64,000 bases of DNA from a virus, in the IMG/VR virus record IMGVR_UViG_3300032286_001864, positions 1-64,000 of that record, one strand, 5' to 3'. Positions 56,151 through 64,000 of the stretch are shown piece after piece; the first letter of the stretch is position 1, and every line of letters starts with the position of its first letter. The translations under genes were made by a program, and so were the position numbers. The notes under the pieces were generated by a model, which saw nothing but the letters and a program-made list of their open reading frames with translations, was not told where the DNA came from and ran no database searches.

Positions 56151-56521
56151 GGGTGCTGCGGCTGCTCCTGATCCCGCATCATCATGACGGCCGGGATCCC
56201 GCCTGCGATGGCACCGGCCAGGGCTCCGTAGGCACCGCGACGAGCGCTCTGACGTTCGAGTCGCTCGACCTCAAGGAGACTCTTAACGGAACGGGGCCTG
56301 ACTGAGTGAGCTCCGGCAAGGGCGCCTCCCGTGGCGGTTGCGTAGGGCAGTAGGGAGATGAGTAGGTTGAGAGGAATCTCTCCAGAGTTCGACCCGTTGG
56401 TATCGCCCAAGAAGAGGTCGGCGGCGCCGTAGATGCCAGTAGTCCCCAGCCCCAGCTGAGCAAGAGTGTTGACAGCCAATGCGTGCAGGTCTGAATCGCT
56501 GCCCGCAAAACGCGTGTTCAT
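56147..56521 (-). CDS. Gly-rich membrane-like protein (MNTRFAG start)
   Basis: 124 aa, ATGA overlap. Confidence 0.72.
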   Translation of the reverse strand: MNTRFAGSDSDLHALAVNTLAQLGLGTTGIYGAADLFLGDTNGSNSGEIPLNLLISLLPYATATGGALAGAHSVRPRSVKSLLEVERLERQSARRGAYGALAGAIAGGIPAVMMMRDQEQPQHP

Positions 56522-56524
56522 GAC

Positions 56525-56743
56525 TCAGCGCCCCTGAGCAGGCCGCTGCTGTCCCTGCGACGTGGGCTGCTGGTTGGGGCGTTGCCCGGGGCGATAGCCA
56601 GCCTGGAGGTTGGGATCGCCTTGCTCCTGCCCGACGGCTTGGTTGTCCTTGCCGCGGCGCATCATCTTCTTGGCCCGGTCCTTGTGCTTGTTGAGCACGC
56701 CCTGGCGATCGTTGGGGGCGGCGCCTTGCTGCGGGCTGTTCAT
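56525..56743 (-). CDS. Small Gln-rich protein
   Basis: ATGA overlap with exonuclease. Confidence 0.65.
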   Translation of the reverse strand: MNSPQQGAAPNDRQGVLNKHKDRAKKMMRRGKDNQAVGQEQGDPNLQAGYRPGQRPNQQPTSQGQQRPAQGR

Positions 56744-57564
56744 GCGTGGACCAGAAGCTTCTGGCCTATGTTAGAAGGAACAATCGGAGCCTCCTCCTTG
56801 TCGAGCCCCAGGGCTGCAAGCTCCTTCTCGCGGGCAAGGATCTGGTAGTAGTCGGCAACACGCTGGGTCCACTTGTAGCGCCAGGCGTGGAGCTCATGGC
56901 CGCGGAGCAGGAAGCTCTGAGTGATGCGCGGCGTGGTCACCAGGATCTGGGCCATCTCGACCGAGATCCCCAGGGTTTCTTCGAGGGCGATCGCATAGGC
57001 GCCCAGCTGGAGGGCGCACTTGTTGAACTTCATCCAGCCGCCGTAATGCTCCCTGGGGACACCGTTCTCCTCGCCCTTGGGGAAGTAGCGGCAGTAGGGG
57101 CCGTTGCTGGACTTGACGTCAGCGAGAACGACGATGCCGCCGCGGACGCCGACGATGTCGGGACAGCCGCAGTATCCGTGCTGGTGAGACCAGATCCTGG
57201 AGATGCCATCGTCCCCGATACAGAAGTTCCACTCAGGCCGTAGCGGCTTCTCCGACCAGGTGAAGTAGTCGTAGGAGTCGAGGTGGGGAGCTACTCCGTT
57301 CCAGTAGGGCAGGATCTCATCGGGGATTTCGACAGCTTTGCCACGAAGATGGTCTTCACAGGCCTTGTGGATGATTGAACCGCGGTTGGCAGCGGCTTCC
57401 TTGCCGCCCGGGTTCTTGATGTTCCACTGCTCGAGGGTTTGCTTGGAGCGGGCGCTGGCGGTCTTACCCAGGATCGCAGTGACAGAAGGGTAGGCGCAGT
57501 CTGGCCGGTCACCCGTCCGATAGTGGCGAACACCATCGATTTCGAAGCGGGTTGGCCGTTTCAA
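56740..57564 (-). CDS. PD-(D/E)XK exonuclease
   Basis: YPSVTAIL, RGSIIH...E, GCPD, ADVKS, LQLGAY. Confidence 0.88.
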   Translation of the reverse strand: MKRPTRFEIDGVRHYRTGDRPDCAYPSVTAILGKTASARSKQTLEQWNIKNPGGKEAAANRGSIIHKACEDHLRGKAVEIPDEILPYWNGVAPHLDSYDYFTWSEKPLRPEWNFCIGDDGISRIWSHQHGYCGCPDIVGVRGGIVVLADVKSSNGPYCRYFPKGEENGVPREHYGGWMKFNKCALQLGAYAIALEETLGISVEMAQILVTTPRITQSFLLRGHELHAWRYKWTQRVADYYQILAREKELAALGLDKEEAPIVPSNIGQKLLVHA

Positions 57565-57646
57565 TCTCGCCTCTCTTTACAGAGAATGTAGCGAGACCTG
57601 AGAGACGCAGGATGAGAGAGCAGCGGGTTCGCCGCTTTGGCTGCGA

Positions 57647-58084
57647 TCAGCCGTTGGACTTGATGTCGCCGAAGTTGGCTTCCAGGTAGTCAAGAGCGCC
57701 TCGTTCGCCTTGGTAGGCGTCGAGAGTGCGCAGGAGCTGGCGGGCCAAGACAGCAGCGCCCTTGGTCATCTCCTCGAGGTAGTCGCCTTCCTTTGGGCGA
57801 GTGCCATCGATGCGGTCACCAAGGATCGGCCCCAAGATGGCGGCATAGACCATCACCAGGGGGCTGACCTGGTAGGCCTGGAAGGACGAACCCCCGGACG
57901 TGAAGCCTTCCAGTAGCCGAGCAACATCGGCCAAGCTCCGGGCGATCTGCTCTTGCCGCTCCCCCTGCTGGTGACCCAGAGCAAGGAGAGCGGAGAGCTG
58001 TTCACGGATCCTCGTCAACTCGCTCAGCTCGGTCGGAACGGGCTTCGGGGAGAGGCCCTTCGGGGTTGGTGATGACGGTTCCAT
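57647..58084 (-). CDS. Helical hypothetical protein
   Basis: 145 aa. Confidence 0.68.
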   Translation of the reverse strand: MEPSSPTPKGLSPKPVPTELSELTRIREQLSALLALGHQQGERQEQIARSLADVARLLEGFTSGGSSFQAYQVSPLVMVYAAILGPILGDRIDGTRPKEGDYLEEMTKGAAVLARQLLRTLDAYQGERGALDYLEANFGDIKSNG

Positions 58085-58280
58085 CGAATAGCCGGCAGAT
58101 GTGAAGAGCGCCGCGCTCAGCAGGGCTCAGCTGCTGCCAAGCCCTGTTGACGCTCTCATGATCATGGCGCTCCTGAAGAGCCCTGACATCAGAGCTTCGG
58201 GTGGCACGCTGCAGGGCAAGCAGGATCGACGGATCGTAAGACAAGGATGGCAGTGAGGTTGTGGGGGCAAGACATGGCAT
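58002..58280 (-). CDS. Hypothetical protein
   Basis: VNRAWQQLSPAER motif; overlaps both neighbours. Confidence 0.5.
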   Translation of the reverse strand: MPCLAPTTSLPSLSYDPSILLALQRATRSSDVRALQERHDHESVNRAWQQLSPAERGALHICRLFDGTVITNPEGPLPEARSDRAERVDEDP

Positions 58281-58563
58281 GGTCGTCGATGGTGCCGTTT
58301 TCGAGCCCTCGAACAAAGAGGACGTCTCCTTCTGCTAGGAGCCGGCGAAAGGCTGCGATCACCTCGTCTGCAACAGCAGTGGACGGGACGAAGAGGACTT
58401 GGGCGTAGGCTTTCGCCCCTTCCTTGCTCGGATGAGCTACCGGAACGGAAAAGGAAGGTGAGCCAAGCTGCAGCAGCAGGACTGCGCAAAGATCGTCTGC
58501 GTCAGGGCGCAGGGGCAGGTCTTGCCAGGTTGAATCCAGCGCAGGCATTGCTTTTGTAGACAT
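58189..58563 (-). CDS. Hypothetical protein
   Basis: 124 aa, preceded by a T11 tract on the minus strand. Confidence 0.55.
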   Translation of the reverse strand: MSTKAMPALDSTWQDLPLRPDADDLCAVLLLQLGSPSFSVPVAHPSKEGAKAYAQVLFVPSTAVADEVIAAFRRLLAEGDVLFVRGLENGTIDDHAMSCPHNLTAILVLRSVDPACPAACHPKL

Positions 58564-58631
58564 GAATCTGCTAAAAAAAAAAAGTTTTGAATTTGAAAGA
58601 GTACCCTGTGAGCGGGCACTGTGAAGCGTTC

Positions 58632-58660
58632 GGGGTGGACTTCGGGGGAAGTCCGACCCC
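58632..58660 (-). terminator. Strong stem-loop after ssDNA-binding gene
   Basis: GGGGTGGACTTC...GAAGTCCGACCCC. Confidence 0.55.
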
Positions 58661-58680
58661 TTAAGTGAAGTAACTCCGAG

Positions 58681-59370
58681 TTACCAGCCCGCAGCAGGAA
58701 GTTCCCTTCCACCGGCGATCTCCTCGTCGGCGCCCAGCTCATCGCGGCGGGTCATCGGTTCCTGGGAGGGGGCCTTTGATCCGGCGGGGCGGCCTTCGAA
58801 TGGATCGCCGCCCTCGAAGAGCGCTGGCAACCACATGTGATCAGCCCGGGCGTGCCAGTGCTTGGTCTCAGCAGCTGACGCCGCCTTGAGAACCGGGGTG
58901 ACGTCGTACTTGGTGTCCAACTTCTGGCCGCGACGGGTGATCGTCAGATAGAAGTTGGCCATCTCGCCGTTCTCGATGGTGTAATCCTCGATGTTGAGAA
59001 TCGCTTCGATGGCTTCGCGGACCTTGAGCTGAGTGATGTCAAAGACCTGGTAGTCGTCGGCTTCCTTGCGCTTGCAGGCCCAGGCCAGGAAAAAGGTAGG
59101 AACGGCCTTTTCGGTGCCGCCGCTCTTCTTGGCGTCATAGGTCAGACCGATGTCGTCCATGTACGACTTGGGGAAAGTCGGGAAACGCCGGGGCTTGCCT
59201 TCCATCGTGAAGTACTGGTAGCCGGCAATGCAGTGACCGCTATCGCCCGTGCCGCAAAGGCGTATGGTCGTGCTCTCGCCGTCAGCGAGCTTCTTGAGCT
59301 CGAAGTATTTGGCGGGAACGGCGGGGTCTTCTTGGTTGGTGGCAACGTAGTTGGAGGGGAAGATCGACAT
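58681..59370 (-). CDS. Putative phage ssDNA-binding/annealing protein
   Basis: YFELKKLADGESTTIRL...ITRRGQKLDTKYDVTP...LFEGGDPF, acidic tail. Confidence 0.68.
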   Translation of the reverse strand: MSIFPSNYVATNQEDPAVPAKYFELKKLADGESTTIRLCGTGDSGHCIAGYQYFTMEGKPRRFPTFPKSYMDDIGLTYDAKKSGGTEKAVPTFFLAWACKRKEADDYQVFDITQLKVREAIEAILNIEDYTIENGEMANFYLTITRRGQKLDTKYDVTPVLKAASAAETKHWHARADHMWLPALFEGGDPFEGRPAGSKAPSQEPMTRRDELGADEEIAGGRELPAAGW

Positions 59371-59416
59371 CGGGTTGGAAGGATTTGCGAAAGGGATGAA
59401 AAGGAAGTAGCTGTTG

Positions 59417-60094
59417 CTACCAATTGGTGGGGCAATCGTCGGGCTGGCCTTGGAAGGATTCGTGGCTGTAGCCAACAGCGCTTGTGCCAGCAGCTGGATT
59501 GCTGCTCTTGGAGCCGCGGTGAACGCGAACAAAGCGGGCCTTGACCTCGACGTAGGGTGTGCCATCGGCGCTGGTCATCTGCGTGAAGCAGCCGTTGATC
59601 TCGACAAGAGCGCCGACGTCGGCGGCGCTCAGGCGATCCTTGGTGAAACCGAAAGCGCGGATGGAGAACCAGTCGGTGACTTCGACGGGCTCAGTGGCCT
59701 CCGGGTCTGGGCTGCGGAAAAAGCGATTAACGGCGACCGAACGCCTCGTGGACTTGCCGCTTTCGGCGTCCTTGGCGGTGCTGCCGATACGGCCGACGAT
59801 GACGACCTCGTTAAGGTACTGGTCGTCACCGGCGGGCGAGATCACAGCCGTGGTGATGATCGGCACGTCGCCATCGGGTTGCACGAGGGAGGCTTCCCCG
59901 GAGGCAATCAGGCGGTCACCGGTGTCCTTCTCGGCTAGGGCCTTGGCGGCGACGCTGTCTGCGTAGGCCCGCACGAGGACGGCGATGGGTTCCTGGCCGC
60001 AGATGACAGCTGAGGCGGCCAGATAGTCCCTGCCGTCGAAGGAGCGGACAGCCGGCTTCTCGTTCAGAGCAACGATTGATGAGGCATAGCTCAT
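59417..60094 (-). CDS. ssb: Single-stranded DNA-binding protein with tandem OB-folds
   Basis: LNEVVIVGRIG...SVAVNR...TDWFSIRAFG...GALVEING; acidic tail QPDDCPTNW. Confidence 0.78.
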   Translation of the reverse strand: MSYASSIVALNEKPAVRSFDGRDYLAASAVICGQEPIAVLVRAYADSVAAKALAEKDTGDRLIASGEASLVQPDGDVPIITTAVISPAGDDQYLNEVVIVGRIGSTAKDAESGKSTRRSVAVNRFFRSPDPEATEPVEVTDWFSIRAFGFTKDRLSAADVGALVEINGCFTQMTSADGTPYVEVKARFVRVHRGSKSSNPAAGTSAVGYSHESFQGQPDDCPTNW

Positions 60095-60161
60095 GATGTG
60101 CTGCAGAGGGCACGCCAGCATAAGCCTTGCGCTTGCTGTGGCAAGCAGCCCTCTATACGTG

Positions 60162-60800
60162 TCAGACGCGGGCGTACTGACTGAGCCAGTCCGGTGCGGC
60201 GGGGATCGGCTGAGCGGTTTGCGGCATCAGCAAGACGACCATCTGGATGTCCTCCCGCTGGAGCCGGAGCGGTCCGCCGTGGTAGCCAGAGAGGACCAGT
60301 GAATCGCTGTCGTCGACCATGGCCTTGATCGCTGGGAGCAGCAGGCTGAGGTCATAGCGACCAGCGGTCGTCGAGGTCTCGGGTGTCGTGCCCCAGCGCT
60401 CAAGGGCGGCGGCGATCGCGGGGCGATAGGAGGGGAGCTCACTCGAAGCGCGGATCGTGAAGTCCTTAAACGTGTTGTGCTCCTTGTAATACGTGGTCAC
60501 CCGGGCGGCCAGGGATGACAGTTCGTCGCCTTCGATACAGACGTCGCGCCCGGCCGTCTTGATGCCATTGGCGGCCTTGACCAGGGCGCTGTCGGGGAAG
60601 ATCAAAGCGCTGGCATCCGCCTTGCCCTCCGGGTCGTAGCCGATCATGCCGACGGCGCCGCGATTGAAGGCGGCGATGGTCACGCCGGAGTCAAGGTCGC
60701 CGTAACGCAGGGGAGCGACCTCAATGCCCTGGTCGGTGCCGAACTTGCCGGTGAAGGCGGCGGCGTAGGCGAGAAGTGCCGAGTTGAAGGTCAGCCTCAT
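60162..60800 (-). CDS. Beta-sliding-clamp-like protein
   Basis: GVTIAA...PSYR...YDLSLL...VVLLMP...PDW pattern; in replication operon. Confidence 0.5.
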   Translation of the reverse strand: MRLTFNSALLAYAAAFTGKFGTDQGIEVAPLRYGDLDSGVTIAAFNRGAVGMIGYDPEGKADASALIFPDSALVKAANGIKTAGRDVCIEGDELSSLAARVTTYYKEHNTFKDFTIRASSELPSYRPAIAAALERWGTTPETSTTAGRYDLSLLLPAIKAMVDDSDSLVLSGYHGGPLRLQREDIQMVVLLMPQTAQPIPAAPDWLSQYARV

Positions 60801-60890
60801 GGGGGACGCCGTGGTGCCACGAAGGTAGCCCAGCATGCAAGCCCTGTCCTGCAACTGCTGGTTTCGCCAAGCGGCCCTTCGTAGGATTGC

Positions 60891-61094
60891 GTGAGTGCAC
60901 CGGCATGGCTGGCGATGGGAGCGGAGGCGATCGTTGCTTTAGGGGCCTTGGGGTGCTCCGGCGTCGTGGCACTCTGGAAGATCGCCAATGGTCTCGGGCG
61001 TTTTGAGGCAAGGACCGGGACGATCCTCGAGGGGATCCAGAAGATGCTGGGGGACCACGAGGCTCGGCTAAGGGACCTGGAGAGCGACCGCTAG
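60891..61094 (+). CDS. Small membrane protein with C-terminal coiled coil
   Basis: Hydrophobic segment then LGDHEARLRDLE. Confidence 0.65.
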   Translation: MSAPAWLAMGAEAIVALGALGCSGVVALWKIANGLGRFEARTGTILEGIQKMLGDHEARLRDLESDR

Positions 61095-61152
61095 TCCGCT
61101 AGCCGTGTAGCGCAGAGGACCTTGCGCATGCAGGACAGGTCGCTAGCCTGAA

Positions 61153-61214
61153 CGCGGTTGTGATCACCCGGGGAAGCGCGCTGCGTGAAGCGGCAATCGA
61201 GCCCCGGGTCCGCG
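61153..61214 (+). ncRNA. Candidate structured RNA/leader
   Basis: Nested stems CGCGG/CCGCG, ACCCGGGG/CCCCGGGT, GCTGC/GCGGC directly after a TAGCCT box. Confidence 0.35.
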
Positions 61215-61324
61215 ACCCTTACCCATCATGAGGTCCGGCCATGGACTTCGGTCTAGCAAGGTTGGTCAGGTTTTTCCGGAAGCTTGACAAGAACCTTGAT
61301 CTAATCCCACTGCAATCTCACGCA

Positions 61325-61618
61325 ATGTCCGCTCTTTCCGATCGCGTAGCCACAGTCGTCAAGTTCCTGCTTGACGAAAAGGCCGCTCTCCTTGCCGAAG
61401 TCGCCGTGACCAAAGAGGCCCTGGCGACTGCCCTGTCGAACGACGCCGCCGACGCCGAAGCTATCGCTGCTGCGACGGCTGACGCCGAGGTTTCCAAGGC
61501 CGCCGTTCAGGAAGCCGAAGCCAAGGCCGCCGCTCTCCAAGAGCTCGCCGACGCCGACGCCGCCGAAGACGAAGCCATCACCGCTGTACTGGACTCCGTC
61601 ACCATTCAGCCCGAGTGA
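61325..61618 (+). CDS. Acidic Ala-rich coiled-coil protein
   Basis: MSALSDRV...; strong GCC/GAC codon bias; frame open from 61241. Confidence 0.75.
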   Translation: MSALSDRVATVVKFLLDEKAALLAEVAVTKEALATALSNDAADAEAIAAATADAEVSKAAVQEAEAKAAALQELADADAAEDEAITAVLDSVTIQPE

Positions 61619-61643
61619 TCTCACTCGCCACTTAAGGCACATG

Positions 61644-61667
61644 GCCCCCGGTTCACCGGGGGCTTTT
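61644..61667 (+). terminator. Rho-independent terminator
   Basis: GCCCCCGG-TTCA-CCGGGGGC-TTTT between convergent genes. Confidence 0.88.
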
Positions 61668-61688
61668 GTTTGGCCAGTGCTCAGACGA

Positions 61689-61922
61689 TCAGACAGCTTC
61701 GACTTCGATCAAGCCGCCGTGGTCGCGGAGGCGGACGACACGGAGGGTGCCACCGCAGACGAGGGATGCGCGATCTCCTAGTTCGAATGCGCCGGCGCGA
61801 GTGTCGAAGCGATCGGCACTGCTGAGAGAGCAGAACTCAGGCACCCTGCTGTTGGGGTTCATGCGGATTCCAAAGCCCCAGCTGTTGCCGTCATGGGCTT
61901 CGACGCGGTAGGTGACGGTCAT
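61689..61922 (-). CDS. Small hypothetical protein
   Basis: GGGAGG RBS, ATGA overlap. Confidence 0.62.
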   Translation of the reverse strand: MTVTYRVEAHDGNSWGFGIRMNPNSRVPEFCSLSSADRFDTRAGAFELGDRASLVCGGTLRVVRLRDHGGLIEVEAV

Positions 61923-62830
61923 GACTGTGCCTCCCCGGCCCGGGGCAGTAAATTCAGTTCTTTTGCTCGGCAATCAGCTACCCACTTCAACCCAAGCACG
62001 ACAGATTCACCTAGCGTGTCGGCGTAGACCCACTTCGTGGTGTAGCGCCCCCAGCTGTAGGTGCTTGTAGTACCCCGCATGACCGGAGTAGCAAACTGAA
62101 CAAAAAAGCCTAGCCGTTCGTTCCGTACCAACCATTCCACGATCTCAGTGTATTCCTCGTTATCAATACCTTCAAGCAGGTTCTCAGGTATACCAGGAAA
62201 AAACTCAAGCAATTCCTTGTTGCTTTGCTCCCCAAGCATTTCCCTTAGGCATTCCGGGAGCGTATCAGCATCCGCCGTCATGCCGCCAATATGCAGCAGC
62301 GTTTCGATTCTTGCCGTAGCAGCGTCGAGCTCCTGAAGAATCTTTCTGTTTGTTGCGAGCTCCATGGATAGGTCGGTGGTGGTGAAATTGGAGGCCGGGG
62401 CGGGCGCGGAGAGCTGCTGGAGCAGGGTGGCGGCGCTGCTGAGAATTTTGGCATCGCCAAACTGGCAGGCCGCAGCCGCATGATTGGCCATCAGCTCCAC
62501 TTCAGCTACCAACTCCGCCACCTCCCCTGGCTCCGGCGCGGGTGACGCAGGGCGACCCCAGCGGGCGAGGGCACGCTGCAGAATCTCGTGGCCACGGTCA
62601 ACCGCCTCCAGGCTGTGGGTGTCCCATGGATTTGGGGATGGAATCAACGCCTGGATGGCGATCACCGTGACATCAAGTTGGTCCTCTGTCAACCCATGAC
62701 CATCTGGCTGGGCCAGGGCGGCGCGGGCGCGGGCAATCAGATCGAGTACGTCTTGGGGAATGTCGCCCCAGGTGTAGTCAATCTTTTCGATCAGCTCAGC
62801 GCACAGGGCGCGAATGTCGGGGGTGGTCAT
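61919..62830 (-). CDS. Mosaic hypothetical protein
   Basis: DIRALCAEL...ARARAALAQP, ALARWGRP and GEVAELV modules fused to an AT-rich C-terminal domain. Confidence 0.72.
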   Translation of the reverse strand: MTTPDIRALCAELIEKIDYTWGDIPQDVLDLIARARAALAQPDGHGLTEDQLDVTVIAIQALIPSPNPWDTHSLEAVDRGHEILQRALARWGRPASPAPEPGEVAELVAEVELMANHAAAACQFGDAKILSSAATLLQQLSAPAPASNFTTTDLSMELATNRKILQELDAATARIETLLHIGGMTADADTLPECLREMLGEQSNKELLEFFPGIPENLLEGIDNEEYTEIVEWLVRNERLGFFVQFATPVMRGTTSTYSWGRYTTKWVYADTLGESVVLGLKWVADCRAKELNLLPRAGEAQS

Positions 62831-63045
62831 TGCTTGTGCTCCTGTGTGCCGGTGCTAACCAGCCGAACGACTGAGATCTGTGCATCGGCTGGGACTTTAG
62901 GGTCCTTGCCGCGGACGTGATCAAAGAAGTGCTCGGCGGCTTCTTCGCAGGAGGCGCACTCTTCGATACCGGTGAAGCCGAAGCGCCCGCAGGGGCGTTC
63001 CCAAACAACGGAATAGGCGTTGTTTGACTTGGTGGGACTGGTCAT
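62827..63045 (-). CDS. Small hypothetical protein
   Basis: ATGA overlap. Confidence 0.55.
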   Translation of the reverse strand: MTSPTKSNNAYSVVWERPCGRFGFTGIEECASCEEAAEHFFDHVRGKDPKVPADAQISVVRLVSTGTQEHKQ

Positions 63046-63252
63046 ACGAGGTGGTAGTTGGGGTCGTTTGGGCAGAATCGTTTGAGGTAAGCAGGCTCGA
63101 GGACCTGCAGCCACTGCTGAGCGCAGAGGGTGCGACCGCTCTGCTGGTTGAGCTCGAGGGCAGCGAGCGGGAACCCGTGGGGGAGTCCCGCCGCTTCCAG
63201 AGCCAGGGCAGTCGTAAGGCGGAGCAGGCAGTGGCTGGTGATCTCGATGGAC

Positions 63253-63999
63253 TCAGGCGGCAAGCTGCCTCCGGTTCCTGCTGGTGCCGTAACCGGTGAA
63301 GTCGCCTTTGCGGCGGCGCGCGGCGATGGCTTGACCGGCAGCGCTACCGGCGGGCTGCATGCCGTGGCTGAGGTGGCAGAAGTGAATGGGCTCGTCCTGC
63401 CAGGCAAGGCAGTCGGTTGTGTCGATCGGCAGGCCCATGCGTTCGGCTTCGGCGCGGGTGTGCACCACGCGAGCGGTGCGGGGGAAGAGGGGGGCGAGGT
63501 AGTCGAACTTGCCGCCCCAGGATGCCACAACTCGCAGATTGCCGGGTAAGTCAATCACACGCTCGTAGGAGGGAGCAAGCAGGGGCAGGTTCTTGGTGTA
63601 GAAGTAGTGAACGAGGTCCTCGGTTTCGCGGCAGGCCTGGAAGATCGAGTCCCGCAGGACGACCGAGTAGAGGTCACCGCCGACGAACCAGCGGCAATGA
63701 GTGCTCTTGTGATCAAGGGCCTGGCCGATGCCAGCGAGCAGTAGGTCGGTGACCTCGGTGGGGTTGAGGCCGCGGATGATGTCGAAGTTCTTCCAGCGGC
63801 TGGCACGCACGTTGGGGCGGAAGTTCTCGATCGAGGCCTCGTGGCAGCGGAAGGCTTGCTGCGGGCCATCGGAGATCTTGCCGGTTTCCCGGTCTGCCAG
63901 GGCCAGGCATTGGAGAGCGCCTGGGCAGGTGTGACCCGATGGCAGCGCGAAGGTCAAGGTCGAATCGGGGAGCTTGCTGTTGCCGCGACCGAAGAAAGG
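63253..63999 (-). CDS. Gp88-like protein (5' end outside window)
   Basis: FGRGNSKL...FALPSGHTCPGA..C...RWFVGGD...YFYTK; frame stays open to the window edge. Confidence 0.78.
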   Translation of the reverse strand, partial: PFFGRGNSKLPDSTLTFALPSGHTCPGALQCLALADRETGKISDGPQQAFRCHEASIENFRPNVRASRWKNFDIIRGLNPTEVTDLLLAGIGQALDHKSTHCRWFVGGDLYSVVLRDSIFQACRETEDLVHYFYTKNLPLLAPSYERVIDLPGNLRVVASWGGKFDYLAPLFPRTARVVHTRAEAERMGLPIDTTDCLAWQDEPIHFCHLSHGMQPAGSAAGQAIAARRRKGDFTGYGTSRNRRQLAA

Positions 64000-64000
64000 A

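Larger units (their letters stand above)
1..64000. mobile_element. Temperate tailed phage genome (partial), probable picocyanobacterial host
   Basis: Terminase, portal, major capsid, fibre, lysis, serine integrase + attP candidate, repressor and primase-helicase all present; no host housekeeping operons; NblA-like and DUF3288-like genes point to cyanobacteria (inference). Confidence 0.93.

Noticed and set aside
1-64000. tRNA, rRNA, DNA polymerase or RNA polymerase genes
   Set aside because: None recognised by eye; a tRNAscan-SE or HMM search could still find missed cases.

Overview
The whole 64 kb window reads as most of the genome of a GC-rich, temperate tailed phage. Its host is most likely a freshwater picocyanobacterium (Cyanobium/Synechococcus type), inferred from two NblA-like genes, a DUF3288-like gene and cyanophage-type small proteins. 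Left to right it holds: a non-coding GT-skewed repeat region (1-780); Gly/Ala-rich putative virion/ejection proteins with an embedded PAPS-reductase-family gene; terminase, portal and an out-of-frame overlapping scaffold; a C39 peptidase; an inverted block with two degenerate LAGLIDADG genes; major capsid and head/tail/fibre genes; a large serine integrase with an intact candidate attP; lysis genes; a leftward nucleotide/replication arm (ThyX, dNMP kinase, primase-VapE helicase, exonuclease, SSBs, clamp-like protein); an XRE repressor; and a cluster of small accessory proteins. The strongest unexplained signals are: (1) an R-[FYMLK]-A-[GA] tag near the N-terminus of ten otherwise unrelated proteins, possibly a capsid-cargo addressing or cleavage system; (2) about seven enzyme-fold genes with intact ORFs but altered catalytic motifs; (3) a ~180 bp A/T-codon patch centred on the terminase Walker A motif; (4) a 464 bp portal/scaffold dual-coding overlap. 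All family calls come from motifs recognised by eye; no searches were run.
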